This document shows positions 24,596 through 33,588 of a stretch of 33,588 nt of DNA, one piece after another. The stretch is from the NCBI GenBank assembly GCA_030141605.1, contig JAQGDQ010001588.1, forward strand, positions 1 through 33,588, given 5' to 3'. How positions within the stretch are numbered: position 1 is the stretch's first letter; every line of letters begins with the position of its first letter. A model generated the notes under the pieces. The model was given only the letters and a program-made list of their open reading frames with translations. It was not told the origin of the DNA and searched no databases. This DNA comes from Tubiluchus corallicola. Taxonomy: Eukaryota > Animalia > Priapulida. The translations under genes and the position numbers were made by a program.

Positions 24596-26019
24596 ACAAA
24601 GGCGATATAAATGAAAGTACGTACAGACGAATGTTTTGAATGAATTTTGCGGTGATCAAGTTTAATAATATTTTTTAATCAACGCAAAATCTTCAAAAAC
24701 TCTATTACAGATATTATTGAAAATTAGGATTAACATCTTAACCTTCAGATTTTTTAATTTTAATTTTCAAAATTTAATAACCGTGGAATTATTTCACCGC
24801 AAAATTATCGTGAGCTCATTTTAATTATTGTTTAACTTTTGATTATTGATTTTATGCTTTTTTTACATTAACATTACAATTATCTGTAATCAGTGCATTT
24901 ATTATCCATTTTAGCATCTGATGCGGCATAAAATCTGTCTCAGTCAGCAATTGCACAAGTGAAACACAAATTTTGAAATTTAAAGACAGTAAGTTGAATT
25001 CCATGCTTTGTATCATAACATTTTTATAGATTTATTTTTTGATTTCAGTGTTTGTAATTGTTTTGAATTTAAATCGTAATAATTGTTTTTACCTTTATAA
25101 ACGTTCCTTTGCCATAAGTACTTGTGGTGTGGTGGCATAGGCGTCTCTTGATGAATAAATTACATGTGAAACACAAATAATTAAGTGTATTGTGAATAAC
25201 AATTATGTTCATTAATATTAATAAAGGCCTCATAGTGACAGAGGTGCAACGCTAACAGCCTAAAATGGTTTTCACTTATAAAACATTGACTGCAGTAAGA
25301 GATTGTGGCGTGCTCACATTATTTGAGGATGATTCCATTTCTTTGACGTATGTTGTTTTGCCAATTCCGCTTAGGTCTGGGTTTTGCAATTGTCTTGGTT
25401 TGTACATACTTCTGTGTATGACACTTAACTAAACTACAATGATAATTAATTATACAACTAAAAAGAGTTAAAATTACAATGTTCGGAGACGCATGTATGC
25501 ATACTTTTCAGTAAAATTTGCCTCTTACATTACGAGTAGAACTGTATGAGTCCAGGCTTTATAGTCTTAATTATTTACATTGAAGAAAAAATAACAAAAA
25601 ACAAAAAAAAACATTCCATACAAGGTTTATGTTACTTGTATTGCGCTTACCTGTTTGATAAAGAAGAGTATTAAGCATTTAAAATGCCGGCGCCACCTGC
25701 TGCTAATTATTACCAACTAGCATTTATCGACAGGAGATTACAATCTAGAGATTACAGGACAACACATCTAGCTAGCACACCACAAGTGGTTAGCAGAATT
25801 TCGCCTTTATAAAGAGCATGAAGAGAAAGACTGTTCTAAAGGGAAGAAAAGGGAATTTTAAAAAGAGTGTTTTCTTGTGCTTTTAGCAACCATTTAAGGT
25901 TGCAGTTTTTGCTGACCGCGCATTTGAAATGTGGCGGTCAAATGTGTAAGAAATTAATTTTAGGTTTGTCCCAAGAGCTTTCCATAAACGTACTCACAAA
26001 CGTAAGGCAGGTAGACTAA

Positions 26020-26355
26020 AATTCAAAGCTTCAACAACTAACGTAAAAAAAACTTTAAAATTTCCAATCATTGAAGTACACAAAGAATATTTTACTCTGG
26101 TTTTTATATTTAAATACATTAACAACATCAGCAAACCATTCCAGAATAACAGATTTACCTTTTTTCCAAATCCTATCGTTAATTCCAGAACAAGAAATCT
26201 TAAACAAATTAGGACAAATACCCACTACGGAACGAACTCTGTAATCAAACAATCAATTCTACTTTGGAATTCTCTACCATTACAGGTTAAACAAATCAAG
26301 TCCCTATCAGCATTTAAAACAAAATTAAAATCACTAATATTAACCAGATATGAAA
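26020..26355 (+). mobile_element. Decayed L2/Crack-like LINE ORF2 C-terminal remnant (not in the ORF track)
   Basis: Frameshifted translation FIFKYINN...IRTNTHYGTNSVIKQSILLWNSLPLQVKQIKSLSAFKTKLKSLILTRY. WNSLP...SL..FK..LK is typical of CR1-group LINE ends. Confidence 0.75.
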
Positions 26356-26969
26356 TACCATCACACCATCACAACAAGTACGACAACATACTAATTCAGA
26401 ATTCATATATCTACGGTCATTTTAATTAAATCATAGTTTTTTTTCATTTTTTGTGCATAGTTGTAAATATGTTTGATTTTATTCGTCGTTACTTTCCATT
26501 ACTGCACAGTAGTTTAGATTGCACTGACGCATTTGCCTTTAGCAGTGTAAGTATCGAAGACTGTAACTGAAAAAAAGTTTTTAGCATTCCAAAATGATCA
26601 AGCGAAGATGATGAAACGTCACTGACTGACCAAACAACACATTATTAATTTTATTGACAAAATAAAAAGTAATTTATACGTTTGCTTACTTCTTTTAAGT
26701 AAATGTTTATGCTAACAAGATTTTGCTCGTATCACAGTCAATGAAACAACAGGCAAGACTAATTAAAATTTTCTGGACTGTTGATAGTATTAAAAATTAA
26801 TAGTGAAAGTACACTAACAATATTTGCCTCAGTTTACAAGGTTAATAGAAATCTTTGGCAAACCACGTAAATTGAAATATATATATATATAGAGTCATCT
26901 TCTTTGTTTTGATGAAGATACGCGCATCGAAAGCTAAACATCTAAATTAAATTAATGTTGAAATATAAC

Positions 26970-26997
26970 TGTGTGTGTGTGTGTTGTGTGTTGTGTG

Positions 26998-27068
<71 letters not shown>

Positions 27069-27104
27069 ATCTGATAAGGTCACACTTACAATCATATAGT
27101 TCTT
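26970..27104 (-). repeat. (GT)n plus the 40-bp sequence shared with 15546-15585
   Basis: Exact 40-bp identity. Confidence 0.75.
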
Positions 27105-27161
27105 GTGTTTTTGTTACTATATTGTGGACTCGCATCTTATAGATCTTATAGACCACGAATG

Positions 27162-27210
<49 letters not shown>

Positions 27211-27379
27211 CATGTTTTCTAATAATATGAAAATATTATTAAAAAACACCTGTGGTCTATCTATTTATATATAAATGAATATATAATCATTATGAATATA
27301 TGATTACATATATTTATAATGTAATAAAGGAAGACAGGATAATATATATATATATATATAGGTATATATATATATATAC

Positions 27380-27553
27380 TATGTACTGCATAAATTCATC
27401 ATAACTGTTTGTACACACCCTGTTTGTAAATTCATATTACAAACAGCTATGATATATATATATATATATGTATATAAAACTCCATAAATTTGTCATAAGT
27501 GTGTTGTGCTACAGGGTTGGTACAAACAGTAATGATACATTTATGTACAACAT
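27380..27553. mobile_element. Pair of Tc1/mariner-like terminal sequences arranged back to back
   Basis: Reverse complement of 27380-27423 (ACAGGGTGTGTACAAACAGTTATGATGAATTTATG) resembles 27511-27553 (ACAGGGTTGGTACAAACAGTAATGATACATTTATG). Confidence 0.5.
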
Positions 27554-27789
27554 TTACATTTTTAATCATTACTAAACTTCCCGCTTCTTTCATTAAATTC
27601 AATTACGTAAAATATCAGAATCTTTTTCAAGTCCGTCACAGGCGTCACTTCCCATTAATAGCAAATCTACCGAAGCTTTGTGACCTTGAGGGATTACGTT
27701 TAAAATAATGTGACTGATATTATCATATCTATGACAATCTACATCTAAAAATAGTGTTTCGCGTGTTCAAATTAATACCAACTACATAC

Positions 27790-27934
27790 TAGGGATGAGC
27801 ATTCTTTACCAGAAAGCGAATTCGAATCGAACCGAATTTGTGACTTTCGAATTCGAATCGAACCGAACTTCAGTGTTTCGAATTGAGATTGAACGATTTT
27901 CGAACCACCAGTAAAAATTAGTCTTACAAAGATC
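27790..27934 (-). mobile_element. Partial second copy of the hAT-like MITE, opposite orientation
   Basis: TAGGGATGAGCATTCTTTACCAGAAAGCGAATTCGAATCG matches the reverse complement of ~9275-9438. Confidence 0.8.
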
Positions 27935-28944
27935 ATATTTTTGAATTTATATTTTTTAAACTAAGTTTTTGTTTTTAACAAAACCATCTCATACCTATCA
28001 AATCAAAGAAACCAAAAAACCAATAAAACAGACAAAAACAAATTCACTAGTCACCATACAAACTGACAATATTAATTATTACAACCGAGTTGCTTGTACT
28101 ACTAGGTTGTAGGCAAAAATTCTAGCCAATGAAAATACACAGCATCGCTCGACCGATCACGTGGTGCTACTAAACTCATAAGGAGGCGTCTTCTATAAGT
28201 ACCTGTGGCGTGTTAACATTAAGGACCCTTAAAGTTTACGCATCATTATCATCATCATCATACGCCCGTCACGTCTATTGTAGACACTGGACAGGCAGAA
28301 TTCTAAAATAAAAGAAATCTGCCTTCAGACAGGTAAACGCAGCAGTAATCCAGCAAAAATACTACACACTGCTACGCCAGTGGCTTGTCAGCACCACTTC
28401 CGTTTGCGTTGCGTTTTTGAGGCATGAGAGTGAGTCAAAAACGCACCGCGTAAACTGTACATGCGACGCGAGTGTCATGCGTTAAAAGCGTGTGTGCACA
28501 GGACGCATATTCTAATTTCTTGCGTGGCTGTGTAAAGGGAGTAGCGAACTATACGGAATAGCGGCTGTTACGTTCTCCGATCACGTGTTACTTTTACTAC
28601 AAAACCATTCCTTCTATGAATGCCTGTGACATTGCTAGACGGTGTAATAATACTAACTGTTACTTGCTAAAATAATTACTTGCTGGAGATGAAGAGTTAA
28701 GTTCTGAATTAAAATTTTTGATTATTAATTCGAGACGTTTTCATTAAAAACACTAAAAACTTCGAGCTAAATATAGATGCGTAATGATAAAATTGTACAG
28801 TTAATTGAAAGATCGCGTGCCTTTAACATTTCAGAAAAGACTATAGTAGCCAAGCTCAAATTGACAACATCATTTAATTTTTGTGTAAATATTGTATTTT
28901 GAAATGTGTATATCTTTATGATGTACGCATGAACTATAAATACA

Positions 28945-28982
28945 GTGTGTGTGTGTGTGCGTGTGTGCGCGCGCGCGCGCGC

Positions 28983-29031
<49 letters not shown>

Positions 29032-29128
29032 TGTGCGTGTGTGTGTGCATTGTTTTGTGTGTGTGTGTGTGTGTGTGTGCGTGTGTGTGTGTGTGTGTGT
29101 GCGTGTGTGTGTGTGTGTGTGTGTGCAT

Positions 29129-29163
<35 letters not shown>
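28945..29163. repeat. (GT)n microsatellite with a (GC)n insert
   Basis: Read directly. Confidence 0.95.
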
Positions 29164-29164
<1 letters not shown>

Positions 29165-29305
29165 GTGCTGGGAAGGATTCAGAATCAGGTTATCAAAACT
29201 GACTGATCCAAACCTAAAATAAATTATGCTTAAATTAAATTAAGTGCTTGTGGATTGCTGACATTAAGATTGGACTGTTTGTTTTTTAACTCTGAGTTAG
29301 TAACC

Positions 29306-29917
29306 GATAGGGGTACGGGAGGATGTCTCTCAGGGGGGGGGGCAGAAAAATTTGACCTGAAGATTTTCTAACTTTCCTATATAATTTCCAAATTAGTGCA
29401 AACAGATTTTGATGAACAGAGGTGCTCAACTTGCGAGGCCCATTCGCAATCCCGACTGAAATTTTTAAAACAAAATTTAAGCTGAAGGTAACGCCCAGTT
29501 TTAAATAAAGTAACGCAATTCAGGATTCTTTCTAATCGGCATTCTTACGCCAAATGATGCAACAGCTTTATTAAACGTTGTCGTGAACGCAAACATGTGA
29601 AAATTTGATGTTAAATTAAAGAATGTAGATAACTTTTTGCACAATTGAACTTTAAAAATATCTTCGTTTTTAAGCAGAAATTATTCACAGAATTTTTTAG
29701 GAAAATGAAATTGTAAGTTGACTTTTGCATTCGTTAAATCCCACGAACTTTCAAATTTCATCTTTGTAAATTTTAAGCATTTTTTCAACATTCAATATTG
29801 AATTTGGAAATTTTACTATTCAAATATTTGCCTTGAACATACAGATAGCTTTTGTTCTGAAAATGTAAAGTTCATTTGCTGTAACTGGACACCTCCCCCC
29901 CCGGACCTCCGCCTACG
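29306..29917. mobile_element. Possible degenerate hAT-like MITE with G-rich left end and C-rich right end
   Basis: ATAGGGGTACGGGAGG...GGGGGGGGG at left and CCCCCCCCGGACCTCCGCCTACG at right. Only loose inverted complementarity. Confidence 0.3.
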
Positions 29918-30328
29918 ATTTTGAAGCTGTCATTAAAAAGTCAATTTGTACTAACTGCTTTAATTTTCTCACTGAAATTATTTTAATGAGATGGTTGATA
30001 TGTTTGCATGAATTTCGGAAGCTGTACATCAACATAATCGTTTCATCTTAAATTTTTTATTCACTTTTAATAATTGCTGATTTGAATATTTAACATGAAA
30101 ACAAAATAGAAGTGAAATGAATAAAAAGTAAAATTGAAATTGTTCAAACCATTGACGTGTATGCATGCTCGCATAATAATGTAGAGTTATTGCAGCAGTG
30201 CTTATGAAGTAAGGAACTTCCTAAGTAGCTGTGGTGTGTTAATTCTGGTGGTTCCTGTGTTATTTTGCATTAATTTTTGTCGCTTAGTCTTTGGTGCAAT
30301 TTTCTTCAGCCAAATTGTAAAGACTTCA

Positions 30329-30445
30329 GTGAATGAATGAATGAATGAATGAATGAATGAATGAATGGATGGATGGATGGATGGATGGATGAATGAATGC
30401 ATGAATGAACAAATGAATGGAAGAATAAATGAAAGAGTGAGTGAA
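30329..30445. repeat. (GAAT)n/(GGAT)n microsatellite
   Basis: Read directly. Confidence 0.88.
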
Positions 30446-31559
30446 TAAAGGCCACTAAGTGAATAGTTTAGCTGTCCTGTGTAGTTTAAGCAATGTTGAG
30501 CCTGGTCTGGAAATGGTTGAGCGATTATCAAGCTAAAGCTTTTTTGCAGCAGTTTCAGCTGCTATGTACTGTTTTGTTTACATTGTTAAAAAGTGTAAAC
30601 GCTCTGGAATCCATTAAGACGCGCAATGGTGCCTTTTATCACACTTGCGTGGACGACTAATAGGTGCGGTACTTTTATAAACATGATCACGAACTGTAGT
30701 ATTTTTCTGTGACGTCAGTGTGACGTAGAGATCATTTTTATGACATCACATCAGTGTCTTACAGGAATTCTCGCTTACGCAAACGTGTTTAACGAGTATG
30801 GAAGATGGCTCCCACTGCACAAACTGTGGTTAATTGTGACGTAAGCGATATCTGTGTTCGCTTGCCATTAATTAACTTCACAAAGTAACTTTTATAGGCA
30901 AGAAAATGTATGTTTTGGACAGTAAAAATGACGTTGAGTCTAATCAATCGTGCGATTCTCCTTTAACATCTCATATACATAAACAAGAACAGCTCCTAGC
31001 AATCTAGGCTATCCAACTTGGCAGCAAATCAAAGAAGCCAAACGCCAGTAGTACGCTCACTCGACTCCCACGCACGTCACGTGACCGCACGTGCGACGTT
31101 TACATGGGCGTCACAAGACGCAACAGATTCAGTTTGTGGCCTGATGAATTCAGCTATATCAGTGAGTTATTCAGTGAGCAAGTGCCGAATTATTGGATGA
31201 CCATTGTGAATTGTAAGTTCCTTATTTATAGTTAAAATAACATGGCTTCTTTTGCTTAGCGGTGTAGTAAGTAAAGAGAAAATTGAAATTGTATCGCGGA
31301 AAAGGCGAAAAAAGTTGAATGATGAAGTAACAAACCTAAAATTGATTCGTTTTATCAATTTTACCAATTTGTAGAAAATTAGTGGTTTTGTTAAAACCTT
31401 GCAAACAATAGGTAAAAATGCAAAGAATAGTTGTAAATAAGGGACAAAATTACTGATTTAATACTTTTCAGACAAAAAACACACTATTGTTGCATTAAAA
31501 TGGAATTTACTGTCGACCGGTATCGAACAAAACTGTTCATTATCAATTACAAAGATAAA

Positions 31560-32160
31560 TTATGAATTTATTCCACAGAAACAGAAACATACATATAAAT
31601 TGTTATTACATTGAAAAAAATAAACTATGCTAGTTACTGTGAGGAGGAGGAGGAAGGAGCATTAAGCTTTCGAGTCTTCCTCCAGATAAGTGAAACAATT
31701 GACAATTAACATTACATTTTCATCAGTTATAACGTACATTAGAACAAAATAAGTTTTGTTAGTAACTTAGGATCAGGATGAGTAAAATTGTGAGTTAATT
31801 ATACCGTTGTAGTAGGTAATTCTTTGATGCTTTTTTAAATTGATAAAGATTAAGAGTTTTCATTTCACGCGGAATTGATGACCATATTTTAATAGCATTA
31901 TATTTTGATGACTGTTTCATTATATTTGTTTTTGGAAGCGGGAGTACATAGTTTCCGACTAAATAACTTGTGTAATGATCATGTTGATTTGAAACTGGAC
32001 TAAAGTATGACTGAAAAGCTGGTGGAAGTAGTGAATTATGATACTGATACATGAAATGAAGACAATACATGTCATATATTTCTTTCACTTTAAGAGTTTT
32101 AACAGACAAGTAAATTATATTTGCGGGATGGTCATACCTTACATGATATATTAGTTTGAT
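31560..32160 (-). mobile_element. 5'-truncated L2/Crack-like LINE 3' end with 3' UTR
   Basis: LKVKEIY...FMYQYHNSLLPPAFQSYF...LPLPKTN...KYNAIKIWSSIPREMK..NLYQFKK..KNYLLQRY*. Downstream stem-loop GGAGGAAG...CTTCCTCC (~31645-31683) and AATAAA near 31570 on the minus strand. Confidence 0.82.
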
Positions 32161-32258
32161 ATCAAGGCATCTAAAACAAAGAAATTTACTAGAATTTACA
32201 AACAACATCGAATAACAATTCAGTAGCTAACAGCCAAAAGATATACAATCCCTTATAT

Positions 32259-32300
<42 letters not shown>

Positions 32301-32302
<2 letters not shown>

Positions 32303-32830
32303 ATTCGAGGCTACAGCCCGGACGAGGGCACCATTTGCGGCGATCTATATATCAAACGAAAGGTCTCGATCTAGTGTCGTGCCATTGATGGTTTATTTTT
32401 CGAATCGGGCCCACCGGGAGGAACGGGGGGGCGAAAAACCTCCAAAAATGGCGATTTTTCGGCCGTTTTTTGCAAAAGTTATACGGCTGAGATGTAGAGA
32501 ACGGGAACGGGCCGAGGGTGGTGCTGGGTATGGATAGATAGCCCGTTCAGCGGTAGGTGTAGTAGGCATATTTAGAATTCCCGAGAGGGCCACGGCGTCC
32601 CGCAACGGGCGTTTTCCCGCACCCAACTCGCGACTTTTTCGAAATTTTGACCAAACAGCCTGCGGAAAAAACGTTCTAGCGTCGCCCAGTGGGACTCTAG
32701 GAAGGAGATATACGGCTCTTTACAAAGAGGAAGAACGGGGCTACACGATGATGTGGGCTATATGTTAGGGCAGGTCCACCGAGAGGAGTACTGGCGAGTT
32801 AATTAGAGGTTCCATTTTCGGCAATTTTCG
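32301..32830. other. GC/CpG-rich non-coding block directly after (TA)n; probably a young transposon segment, class unresolved
   Basis: Abrupt composition change and no convincing ORF. Contains TATATATCAAACGAAAGG, a motif type I associate with invertebrate non-autonomous DNA elements. Confidence 0.4.
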
Positions 32831-33194
32831 CTTAAGAAACTGCTGACGCAAAGGCATTGTTGTGACGTCATCCATTGTATTCTGTCTATAATCTTATAGC
32901 TTTAATTCAGCAAAAAGCTGCTACAGGCAAAGTAAACAAACAGTAGACACGATGTTACGGGCTTTGTGTTATAAATGTGGACTAGGTAGGATGTTCGCGT
33001 ATTATTGATTACACGTCTATTTATACGCAATCTTTTGCTGGGCCTTTGCTATTTATTATATTATAGCACATAGTTTCAACTTTGTGAAAAATGTTTGGAA
33101 TGGTTTTGTTTTAATGCTGTGCTGTTGGTGCTTGTGCTATAGGTGTTGTCATCGTTGCCACCATCATCATCATCATCATCAACATCATGATCAC

Positions 33195-33588
33195 CACGTG
33201 AGGTGGTGGATTTGATGTGGTGTGGTGGTGGTGTGCTTTGTGTGTTGTGCTATGGATGGTGTGGTGGGGTGATAGGGTGTGTGGGGTGTAGTGTGGGTAG
33301 TGTGGTATGGAGTGGGTGGCGTGGTGTGTGGGTGTTGTAGTGCGGTGTGGTGTTATGGTGTGGTGCAGTGTGGTGTGATGTGGTGGAGTATTATGGTGTG
33401 GGTGGTGTGGTGTGTGGGTGGTGCGGTGTGGTGTGGTGCAGTGGTATGGTGTGGTGCAGTGTGGTGTGATGTGGTGGAGTCGTATGGTGTGGTTGGTGTG
33501 GTGTGGTATGTGGGTCGTGCGGTGTGCTGCAGTGGTATGTTGTGGTGCGGTGTGGTGTGATGTGGTGGAGTGGTATGGTGTGGGTGTA
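33195..33588. repeat. Degenerate (GTGGT/GTGTG)n simple repeat running off the right edge
   Basis: Read directly. Confidence 0.9.

Noticed and set aside
28396-28520. Hairpin TGCGTTTTTGA...TCAAAAACGCA as a structured RNA
   Set aside because: More likely an internal palindrome of a decayed MITE. Its termini could not be defined.

Overview
AT-rich, microsatellite-dense animal genomic DNA; the 5S-derived sequence looks lophotrochozoan-like, which is an inference. One protein-coding gene is supported: a three-coding-exon ankyrin-repeat gene resembling ANKRD63 (7594-7791, 8316-8490, 10912-11531, + strand, 330 aa). The rest is repeat-derived. It includes two copies of a ~550-bp 5S rRNA-headed SINE with an RTE-LINE 3' tail (13893-14442 +, 23292-23843 -), decayed LINE 3' fragments (Rex1/Babar-like, RTE-X-like, two L2/Crack-like), hAT- and Harbinger-like MITEs, 38-bp and 35/36-bp minisatellites, and a 77-bp tandem repeat made from a reverse-transcriptase motif. 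The first ~2.9 kb is a fold-back palindrome whose unique part recurs at ~5100-6207 and may be a long-read assembly artefact. No CRISPR array or prokaryotic system is present. Most listed ORFs are microsatellite translations. All family assignments come from recalled motifs, not database searches.
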